Part shown: positions 1 to 18,845 of the stretch, piece after piece
Position numbering within the stretch: the stretch's first letter is position 1
How the letters are laid out: each line of letters starts with the position of its first letter
Origin: Podarcis pityusensis
Lineage: Eukaryota
NCBI GenBank assembly: GCA_964106645.2
Contig: OZ067039.1
Strand: one strand, 5' to 3'
DNA length: 64,000 bases
Translations under genes and position numbers: made by a program
The notes under the pieces: generated by a model
What the model saw: the letters and a program-made list of their open reading frames with translations, nothing else
What the model was told of the DNA's origin: nothing
The model's database searches: none

Positions 1-22
1 AGGTCACAACTTTTTCTCGATA
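1..22 (-). CDS. Opsin exon 4 (start only; helix 8)
   Basis: Strong polypyrimidine acceptor tcttctccctcccttcctttcag|TAT CGA GAA AAA GTT GTG ACC = YREKVVT, completing the NKQ(F/Y)R motif. Confidence 0.8.
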
Positions 23-3000
23 CTGAAAGGAAGGGAGGGAGAAGACACAAGCAGAGCCTTAGATACTGCCACTGCAGCAGTTTTAAAACATAGTCTTGAT
101 TCAGAGCCATGAAGCTACTATATCAGTTCGCCCAACCTAGATAATAATGTGATCATGAAGAGTTCTCCAGGACTGCCCCCTCTCACAGAAGTAGAGAAGA
201 AATACCAGCATTGTTATTATTTTTATATCATCTAAATTGCATTTTATAGCATGTGACTGTATGCAGCTGAACAACTGGCTACAGTTGAGGCTACTTTAAT
301 AAAAGAAAAGCAGGCTTTTGGCAGATATTATCAGTGGGGCAGCTTTAAATCTGGTTCAATGGCAATCTTGCACCTTCTCTACTCTTTCTTAATGTTCTCA
401 CAAGCACATCTTTTAAACCGAATGCTTCATCTTGGCATTGGTCCACTTTTCTAAGGACAGAAATACAATAAACTTCCTTGAAGTTATCCTGCTTCTCGAT
501 GGCAATTTGGCTAGAATGCTACTAATCCAGCCAGGAGGTCAGATAAGCAGCGTTAAAGCAATCTCGATTAGTTTAGTGTTCCTGTGAGCCATTTTTAGCA
601 TTATTCATAAAAGGGGCATGTAAATAAACTTGATTATGATTCTGTTTTAACAGGCTGGACCATCTGAGGCCTACTAGAAATGTATTCACATTTCAAATTT
701 GCAAGTCATGCCATCAGATATTATCTCTGTTCTACAGCTTGGAAGGGGTAGTACCTCTGGTGGGGGACATATTGTTCTCCTTCTGGGGTAGTTTGCACTC
801 CAGGGAAGTCACTTTGGTGCTGCTATCCCTTGCGGGATATCTTCGGGAGAAGAAAAGGCTAAGAAGTACACACTACACAAATCCAGAGTGGAGTCCCAAA
901 GATGGTTGGATGGTGCCTTGTATGCCCTCTTTCCAGCAACTCCTGCGGCCAAGCTGGTGCCAAACGTATTGCTCTGCTTTTCTTTGGACCATGTCAGTGA
1001 GGCCCGGAGGGAGTTCTTGTCATCTGGGCAGCCCAGGACCTCCATACACACTGCTCAGACTTGCACCCTGGGGAGGTCACTGGTGTTGCTAGCGCAGCGG
1101 TTTGGCTTCATCCCTGAAGGCACACTTGGTTGTCTCTTGAGACAGACGGATACCAGCAGCAACAACAACTAGGAAACGCAGGGCGTGAGCTATTAACTGA
1201 CTTGGTGAATATAATCAGTGCCATAATCCAGAACATTTTGCCTTTAAGCCAATCACAACAAGGTCATATTATTCTTCCTAGGTAAACAACAAAGCACACA
1301 TGTTTAATTTGCAACACTGCAAGGTAGATTTACCTGCTTATTCAGACATATGTAAATGACTGGATTGTATACGGTGCCTGTTTTAGCCATATACATAGGG
1401 ATGCTCTGGATTTGGGGACCCATGATGACTTCTGGATTCACCACTCTGGTCAGGGCAAAGGCAGCATAAGGCACCCAGCTGAGAAGAAAGGCCAGGATCA
1501 TAATGACAACCGTCTTGGTCACCTGAGTCTCAGCCCGCTGAGTCGAATTGCTCTGGGCTATGCCACTTTTTGCCACCTAAGAAGAGAGAGGATGAAATGC
1601 AATGTATTACTATAAGACTGGGGGCTGGTAGCAGAAGGAACTGCTGAAATGGTCAGATGAAGATTTAGGCTACGGGGCGATTTCTTCTTTTCATCTTCTG
1701 CGTCTTAAGACTTTGTGGGCTCTTCCAGTGGCTCACAGAAATGAATACGCTGCTTTCTCTGCTTTTTGCAGCAGTTTAAATGCTTCAACTAAAACAACGG
1801 CAGCCATCCATGGATGCAAACGAGTCAAAGAGGAGGGACTCCAGAGACAACAATAAAGAATGGAAAGCGGTGGCAGCTGCTAAACAATGCCTGCGCTAAG
1901 TATTCCCAGCATGCCCTGAAATAATGTGCCTATAAATAGCTGCAAGTCATATTAGTGCAAAGGACATGCCTCCTTCAAATGCCTTAAGGTCAGACAGTTG
2001 TTACTGGAGCCTAAGTATGTATTGTCTCCCCAAGACTGAACGATCGGTTGTTGCTCTTTCTTTCTTTTTCTTTTGCCATTTCACACCCACCCACACATAC
2101 CTTTTCAAGTTAAACATAAGTTGAAACATCATGGAATTTTGCCTAGATTTCTTCAGTGTTGGTCTGATCCTAAAATCTGTGGCTCAGTGGCAGAGTTCCT
2201 GCCTTGCATGCAGAAGGCCCCTGGTTCAATCCCCAGCAGTTCCAGGTAGGGCTAAGAAAGACCCCACTTGAAATCAGTGAGTTGCTGCCATCAGTGTAGA
2301 CAATACTGAGCTAGATGATACCAATGACCTGACTCAGAGTAAAGCAGCTTCCTCTGTTCCTAATCTGATCCAGAGCTCGGATACATAAAGGGACTGCTGT
2401 GCAAGGGGATTCTGTCTCCATTCGTGTCAGTGGAAGACTCAGCTCCAGGCTCACAATTTGTGCCGGATTTACGTATAAGCTAAACAAGCAATAGCTTAGG
2501 GCTCCACTCTCTTGGGGGCCCCCAAAAAAATCAAAAGGAAAAAAGGTGTTTGCATTATTAAGTTTGTTATGAATAATAATCATTTTAAGTTAGAGCTTAA
2601 TAATTATTTCACTATTGATATGGGTAAAGGTAAAGGGACCCCTGACCATTAGGTCCAGTCGTGGCCGACTCTGGGGTTGCGGCGCTCATCTCGCTTTATT
2701 GGCCGAGGGAGCCGGCGTACAGCTTCCGGGTCATGTGGCCAGCATGACTAAGCCGCTTCTGGCGAACCAAAGCAGTGCACAGAAACACCGTTTACCTTCC
2801 CGCCAGAGCGGTACCTATTTATCTACTTGCACTTTGATGTGCTTTCAAACTGCTAGGTTGGCAGGAGCAGGGACCGAGCAACAGGAGCTCACCCCATCAC
2901 GGATATTCGAACCGCCAACCTTCTGATCGGCAAGCCCTAGGCTCCGTGGTTTAGACCACAGCGCCACCCATGTCCCTATTAATATACTATATAATATACT

Positions 3001-6000
3001 ATTAATATACTTCTTCTTAATTGTATTTCAGTATTAATATATTTCTTAATTGTATTTCAGTTCAGCAATTACTTTGATAAAATACATATTTTGTTAGGTG
3101 CAAATGGCTTTAGATACCTATTAGGTCCATAAATTACCATATAGCATATATTCAACACAAAAAACAGCGACAATTTGTTGTTGGCAAAGGACAGCTGGAC
3201 ATATAAAGGGCCCCATTACCTTCAGTAGCTTAGAGCCTCATCAAACCTAAATCCGGCCCTGCTCACAAACCTTTTGCACTCATTGAAATAGCTCTCCATT
3301 TAAATGCATGGAAAGGCTTTGCAAGGTTTTCTCTGTGTGTGTGTACTTTGAAAGGAAGAAGGCTGCCTGGAAAGGAACGCAGCCCTCAGACTGAAAAAAT
3401 GTTCCTCACCCTCCATTTAAAAACTCAGGGCTGGATTAAATTGAGCTGTCCTGCAACGGGAAGCCAGAGCAAGGTCTCCCAATACCATAATGGGACTTCC
3501 CCCACCTCCTCCCCCAAATCCACTCTGGACAGGGAGAACAAGCATAAAAGAAGGGAAGGCTAGATTGTTCCATCTGGGAAGCGGAAATGCTTATACTAAT
3601 GGAACAATCAGAAGACAACCTGTCTATGGAGCCTTCATCCCGATTTGTTAGCACAAAGTTTTTGGGGTGTTAGACAGCACCAGCTACTTACTGAGCCTTC
3701 ATCCCCATTTACTTGCAGGAGGTTAGATGGTATTACGTCAAACAAAAGTCATCCCACTCTTTGCAGTGCATTTTCCCATTGCTTGCCTTATTGCAACCAG
3801 TTTTGGGAGGGAGTGGGTTTGTTGGGCCAGAGCTCCAAATCAACTTTAATTGCGCAACTCGAATTTGCCAGTATGTGACCGAACCTCACTTGAAAGTAGC
3901 AAGGGCCTGCAAGCGTCCTGAGTATGGTACAAAGCAGAAATTCTCTTGTTTTCTTCTAGGCCTCAGGCTACCCAACTGTAGAAATCAGTTGCAAGAACCC
4001 TTTTGGAACATGCATTCCAGACTCTTAGCAGAACTAGTGAATGATTTCCTCTGCTATGTGGAAGCAGGGTGGGTGACTCACCTGTTTGAGGACGACTCAC
4101 CTGTTTGAGGACGTAAATGAGCTTGCCGTAGGACCAGAGGATAAGGGCCAAAGGAAGCAGGAAGCACCACACGAAGAGAGACAAGTGGTAACTGCGGCTG
4201 TTCCAGTCTTCTCTGTGCCAGGCCAGAGCGCAGTTTGAGGCAATGCCTTCCACATCGTAGCTACTCCAACCAAAAAGCGGTGGCAGAGTCCACATGATAC
4301 ACCAGAGCCAGGTAAACAGGAGCGCCAGGAGGGCATGTTTCTTCCCAAACTGGATGCCTTTGAATGGCCTGCAAACCACCAGGTACCTCTCCACAGCACA
4401 CACCACAACAGACCAAAGGGCCACCAGCCCTACAGCGGGAAGAGGAAGGATTAATGCATGCTTGTTCTCAGGGGGGAAAGCTTCTCCAGAACCCTGGCTA
4501 GGATGCTGCCATAATGGTGGCAAAAGAGGAAAGTGGCTGCAGGATGCCTTGCCAACCCTTTTCCCAGCACATTCCCTCACTGGCCGTGTAAGCATCCACT
4601 CAGGTCACATCCACACAGGCTGCTGCAGAGGGAGGGGGCAGCCAGGTACACTTGCCCCCAGTCTCAGAGAGCTAAGCAGGCTAGGGGGGCCTTGCCAGGG
4701 GCCTTCCAGACTCTCAGCCCATGCCTTAGACAAGCTCTGCACAGGCCTGCATCCATGCCATACGTTTAAAGCACATGGCTTGCCCCCAAAGAATCCTGGG
4801 AACAGTAGTTTACCCCTCAGAGAGCTACAGTTTCCAGAACCCTTGACAAACTACAGTTCTCATATTGGGAAGCCACATGCTTTCAGTGGACTTTGTGTGT
4901 GTGGTGTGGGTGTGACCCTGTATAGGAAATTAATGTTTATTTAGGTCAGGTTCTTGCCTCACTGGACTCAGGAAAATTAAGTGTAAGAGGTAATGACTTT
5001 TTCCAAGGCCCTCCTGACTGCTCCACGGGGACCCTTTACTATTATTCTTCTTCTTGTCATTCGTATAGAACTTTCAGGGTTCAAATCACTTCACAAGTAC
5101 TATTTCACTAATATTTCACTTCCTTATAAGGCAGGCTGAGGGGGAAATACCAAGAAAGGGCCTTCCACCACCCTCAGAAGTTGGGGGGGTGTCCTGGGGG
5201 AGGGCATTCTTTGTGGCAACCCCTAAATTGTGGGATTCACTTCCCACAGAGGTGTATCTGGTACCTATACAATACAGCTTTCAGCAAATGCTGAAGATGC
5301 ATTTCTTTACTCCGGCCTTTGACACCTGAGATACATGTTTTCAGGATCCACCCTGTTCCTGCGATTGCACTTTGTTTTAACTGTTTTTAATACCCATCCT
5401 CTGCTGGTTAAGGGCAGGTAATAAAAAACAATAATAGAACTACTACTGATGGTGGTGGTGATGCAGACAAAGGGCCTAGACTGAGGCCGAGAAACAAGTT
5501 GCTTGCTCAAAACCACCTAATAAGCTCACCATGGAGATGAAATGTGGACCCAGCAGTCCGCATGTACCCTATTTTACAGTGGACAGTCCTTTATGCAAAG
5601 GCATCCTCTGTTCAAAGGGCTGTCCAGGACAAGTCCAGTTTAAAGAGACCTTGAAGTTGACCATCAACAGTTAGTCCCCGGACAGCCAAATGAGCAATCA
5701 CACAGGTCACCTGATCAAAGTCGACCCCAATACAGTAAGATGTAATCCTATAAAGTATTGTAATTATTTCTAAATTAGCATATATGCAACTTTTATGCAA
5801 ATCTGTGCTCTCTGTTCTCTTTTCTTGTTGAAACATTTGCTGTTTCTTGGTGATGCTTAAGAAGCAACCCTAACCATACTAAGTATCATGCTTCATAAAC
5901 CTGAATGAGAAAACCACATTAGGTGGTCTTTTCTGGAGTGTCTGTAATGGTTGTAAAGCTAGCAACAGGGATGTGCCTTGGTCTTTCAAATGTCAGCAGC

Positions 6001-7403
6001 GCCCTGTGTAAGGCCAAAATTCACACCTCTCACACCTCTCGCCTTCTATTCTGCATGTGCGCTACGTCATAGTGTGACACCCTGCAGCACAAACACACAC
6101 AGCTCAGCATCCAGTGCAGGGAAACCTGTCATGCTGCCCTAAATCTGCCTCTGCTAGCAGCTTGTCCAGAATGAGAAGAAGGTGTCAAATTCTAGGCCTC
6201 CCCACAAGAGAAACCACAGGAGTTTGAAGAATATGTGGGTGGGTGGGTGGTTTGCTTGCTTGGTTGCTGTTGAATGATCGCTGGGCCTGGGGTTTCCCAC
6301 CCAGTTGGTGGGACTCCCTCCTGTTTTCCATCTCACACCACAGCAAGAGGACATTTTACTTCTGAGCTAGCATTCATCCACATACTAGCAGGCATGTCCA
6401 GGAGGTGGCTGCAGAAAGGAAGGAGATGGGTGCTGTGAGCTTCCCACCTTTTCATCTATGTGATAACTAACTTAAAACTCTCCAGGCAACCATCCAAATT
6501 TTCACTCCAGTGGTAGATGAAGCTTATATATTGAATTCCTTGAAGATTCACAAATATGATTCAGATGTGGGTTTCCAGTTCAGATGCCTTCCCTTAATAT
6601 ATATGTAGTTCAGGTACTGAGTTACATTTTCACTAGACTGTAGTGTCTAGAGCTTAACAAAATGTTTACTTACATACTGAGAATTCCTCAAATTCCACTT
6701 ATATACTGAAAATTCCTCAAATTGGAAATTGGGAAGGTCAACATTAATATATTTTTTTAATCATCTGAAACGTCAAATTGGAACAAGCCCCAAACTGATT
6801 GTCACCATCAATTTATTCAAGGAAAAAACCCCAAGCAATTATTATCTCCATTCTGACTTAATATTTGTTTCTTCGCTATAGTTGTGCTCACATTATCCTA
6901 TGTCTGACAGTGATTCCCCACAGATTTCTATCTGCGTATGCAACATGGGTTGTATAAATGCATGTATAGACTACTATGTATGCAGCAGAACTTCCATTAG
7001 CAATGACACACATAAATCTAGATAGGTGGGTAGGTGGGAATCACTTACCAAACAGAGCAACGGAAAAGCCCTGGAAGATGCAGAAATACTTGTTTTCAAA
7101 GTAATACCCATGCAGATTAGCATCCGTCGTGGGGCAGAGTCCAATCACTAGACTGCCCATGTCTGCAACCGACAAGTTCACCACAGCGTAATTAATAGGA
7201 ACCCTGAGAAATTTGTGCTTGATGGTTAGTAGAATGATGGTTCCGTTGAACCAAATACCCAGAAGCATGCCAAGGATCATAAGCACCCCAAGACCAAACT
7301 TGTATTTCTTTTCCCTGGCCTGATCCAAGCAGGTGATGGCGTTACACGTCACATTGGGTCCAAGGGATGTTGAAGCATTGGAGGAAAACAGAGAATGATT
7401 CAT
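1..7403 (-). CDS. Non-visual ciliary opsin with Gln113 (parapinopsin/parietopsin-like; probable lepidopsin / QB-opsin); 4 exons, 3' end outside window. join complement(<1..22,1334..1576,4101..4429,7049..7403)
   Basis: Spliced ORF of 316 visible codons with 7-TM opsin hallmarks: LRVPINY...NLSVAD, C110-IF-Q113-GF, ERY, PPLFGWSSYDVE181G..C187, WVPY, MAK296TGTVYNPVIY, NKQ|YR. All introns are GT-AG and phase-compatible (1,0,0). Confidence 0.95.
1334..1576 (-). CDS. Opsin exon 3 (ICL3, TM6, TM7 with retinal-binding Lys)
   Basis: Acceptor ttcttag|GTG, VAKSGIAQ...PMYMAKTGTVYNPVIYICLNKQ, donor CAG|gtaaat; 243 nt; Lys codon at 1382-1384. Confidence 0.95.
2178..2362 (+). mobile_element. tRNA-derived SINE (Squam3-like)
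   Basis: A box (tggctcagtgg) and B box (ggttcaatcc) head, body ending cagcttcctctgttccta; related degraded copies near 14620-14835 and 39345-39520. Confidence 0.7.
2458..3261. mobile_element. Non-autonomous hAT-type element with nested Sauria SINE
   Basis: Inverted ends gccggattta / taaatccggccctg; 8-bp flanks ctcacaat (2450-2457) and ctcacaaa (3262-3269). Confidence 0.65.
2623..2976 (-). mobile_element. Sauria SINE
   Basis: Reverse complement of the GGGAC..GGTGGCGCTGTGG head and ACCTTTACC tail; near-identical to the copy at 8795-9151. Confidence 0.9.
4075..4112. repeat. Perfect 19-bp tandem duplication covering the opsin exon-2 donor
   Basis: gactcacctgtttgaggac twice (4075-4093, 4094-4112). 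Confidence 0.97.
4101..4429 (-). CDS. Opsin exon 2 (TM3 to TM5)
   Basis: Acceptor ctgtag|GG, LVALWSVVVCAVERY...YGKLIYVLKQ, donor CAG|gtgagt; 329 nt. Confidence 0.95.
7049..7403 (-). CDS. Opsin exon 1 (N-terminus, TM1 to TM3)
   Basis: MNHSLFSSNAS...YFCIFQGFSVALFG; donor G|gtaagt at 7048. Start ATG chosen by opsin length and N-glycosylation sequons (NHS, NAS, NVT); upstream in-frame ATGs exist. Confidence 0.92.
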
Positions 7404-8794
7404 CTTTCCATTTTGTTTGCAAGAAGTGATCCCTGTTGATCCCTGTGCAAAGGATAATTCTCCTATTATGTCTCTCACAAAAGACACTCTCTGAAAGATG
7501 CAATAATACATTATCCCTTTTGGGTTTGAATCCATTCTTGTTTTTACGCATGGGGAATGGATATATAGCATGTTTGAAAGCCCTGGGCCCAAACTATTAG
7601 AAAAACACATCTCTTGGAAACCACTGAATTGTGTATCTGTTGTGCCTCTCTGCAGTGTAGCACTAATCTTTAGTGCTTGTTGTCATTTCAGGTCTAGATA
7701 AATGATAAATAATTGTGAGTTGCTTTGAAGCCCATGAGAATGGTGGTTATGCAGTCTGCTCTAGGTCTGGGAAATGGGTAGGAGAACCTATTTATGTCTG
7801 TCATCTTTTTCTCCAGAATACCAGCTCTTGCTTTGAAAGAACATAAACCTCTTGTTAATATGCTATGCTTTGGAAATGATGGTGACAGACAAACAACCCT
7901 GAAATATAGATGTTAAGATCATATGTAACTAAACACAAATATATGACACTCTGGATAGTAGCAGTGCTGGGAAGTATGAACTGAGTCTTTCATCTCCACT
8001 CTGCCACCAGAGTCCCATTCACAGGAATGGCACTGGGGGGGGTGTCATTGGGCACTTGCCCCTGAAGCAGGCCCATTGCCATTCTCTGCAGCCCCCTGCT
8101 GCTCCAACCCCTTGCCATTGCTGCCTGCTCACCTGCCCTCTGAGCATGCAATAAATGACAAGGGTGAGGCGATGGAGCAGCAACTCCCTCTGGGCAATTG
8201 TGCAGATTGTAGCCGGAAGAAGAGTGGGCAGGAGGAGGACATGGCAGAGGAGGACAATCCCACCAAGGACCCCTTGGCTCAGGGGCTCCTCAAAACCTAA
8301 GAGTTGAAACAACCCATGGATCAGTATCTTTTAAGCATCTGAAGAAATGCTCTCTGCTTTTAATAAATAGAGGTCTTCCGGTGTTACATTTCTGAAAGTG
8401 TGTTAATAGCCAGCTTGGGTGCAGAAGCTAATAGCAGGTGAAAAATTGGGCATCCTAAGAATCTCAGATCATGCAGTCCATTTCACCAGGCTGCAGAACA
8501 GAAGGCAAAGCAGGGAAGGTGGCCTATCCAGCCAGCTCTGCTGAGAAACCAGCTGCCTTTGATGGATAGTCAATTGTCACTTAGCAGCAGCCTTTCATTC
8601 ACTCTGACTGAACACTTCCATCCCAGCTGCTCGTTATTAGACCTATAACTTTGGTGCTTGAGATTGCTTCCCCCCGCCCCCATCTTCCTTCCTCATCCCT
8701 TATTCCTGTTGCTACATGCCTTTTAGATTGTAATCTTGAGAGCAGGAATTGTCTGGTGTGTGTGTTTTTTAATTGATCAGTAAGCTGCACTGGG

Positions 8795-9151
8795 GGGACG
8801 CGGGTGGTGCTGTGGGTTAAACCACAGAGCCTAGGACTTGCCGATCAGAAGGTTGGCAGTTCGAATACCTGCCACGCAATGGGGTGAGCTCCTGTTCCTC
8901 AGTCCCTGCTCCTGCCAACCTAGCAGTTCGAAAGCACGTCAAAGTACAAGTAGATAAATAGGTACCGCTCCGGTGGGAAGGTAAACGGCATTTCCATGTG
9001 CTGCTCTGGTTTGCCAGAAGCGGCTTAGTCATGCTGGCCACATGACCCGGAAGCTGTACACCAGCTCCCTCGGCCAATAAAGCGAGATGAGCGCCGCAAC
9101 CCCAGAGTCGGCCACGACTAGACCTAATGGTCAGGGGTTCCTTTACCTTTT
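8795..9151 (+). mobile_element. Sauria SINE
   Basis: gggacgcgggtgg...cctttaccttt; target-site duplication taagctgcactggg / taagctgcattggg. Confidence 0.92.
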
Positions 9152-9548
9152 TAAGCTGCATTGGGAGCATTTTTTTTTTACAGGGTGATAGTGGCGATGA
9201 TGATGATACACCTTTAAGCAGTGTACATACATCAATTATCAATAGATAAAATCAGCAAATATTAAAAACAAATACTGTATGCATATGACTAAATCTTGCG
9301 CTTGACAAGCATCTAAAGGAGTATAGTGAGGATGGCTACCTAATGTTTTTGGCTGAAGAGCTGGGTAAAAATTCTTGAAATAAAGAACAGACTTTGACAA
9401 AAATATGTTCAGAGAATACAGTACACAACATGTTTGATAAGGACACTCCAGTATAAACCCAAACCTGAAATGTTGATAAGCATCCCTAGCACCTTTTGGC
9501 AGTGAAAGTCTTCTGCAAAACCACCAACAAGTTTAGTTTTAAAATAAT

Positions 9549-9579
9549 TTTATTAGCATTTCAAAAAGAAATTTTTATT
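9549..9579 (-). terminator. Candidate TNNC1 polyadenylation signals (two AATAAA)
   Basis: tttatt at 9549-9554 and 9574-9579 on the plus strand, about 350-380 nt after the stop codon. Confidence 0.6.
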
Positions 9580-9932
9580 TCTGTACACACTGTACTTTTA
9601 CATTCCGCTTGACACTGGTGGAGGATGAGCTGTAGCTCCACTGTTAAATCAGAGTTTGTAGTGAATTATTAAATGTCTCAATAGTCATTTAAGCCTCATT
9701 TTTCATTGTCACCTGCACAACCCATTCATACATTAAAGGGCACATTATAATCATGGAAAGCAATAACAAGTAAACAGGACCACAACCTGACTCAATAAAT
9801 ATTCCATCTGAGGCACTTAAGATATGGGTCACACTTTCCTGATGTTCACCATCTTCAGTACATGACATCATGCAAGTAGTAAGGAAAACAGAACTGGAGG
9901 TGTCCGAGGCTGCTTTTCCAGAGATCTCATGC

Positions 9933-18742
<8,810 letters not shown>

Positions 18743-18838
18743 GGTTTGTTACTGTTGGCCCGGTGCTGGATGGAGATGACAAACTGTACAGAGACAAAAT
18801 TAAGGTCTCTGCCAGCTCTCTGTCCCTTGAAGCTCTGC

Positions 18839-18845
18839 TTATATA
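18839..18845 (-). promoter_or_regulatory. TNNC1 TATA box
   Basis: TATATAA on the minus strand about 100 nt upstream of the ATG. Confidence 0.6.

Noticed and set aside
739-1195. ORFs in opsin intron 3 considered as the last opsin exon
   Set aside because: No helix-8 motif; looks like an interspersed repeat; a much better acceptor with YR lies at position 22.
2178-2240. tRNA-like A and B boxes
   Set aside because: Head of a SINE; no complete cloverleaf.
2615-2926. ORFs at 2615-2926, 8817-9242, 34589-35124 and 42102-42431 that share peptide similarity
   Set aside because: They are translations of Sauria SINE copies, not a gene family.
1-7403. Calling the opsin rhodopsin, pinopsin, VA-opsin or melanopsin
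   Set aside because: Q113, M292 and the 4-exon structure do not fit these classes.
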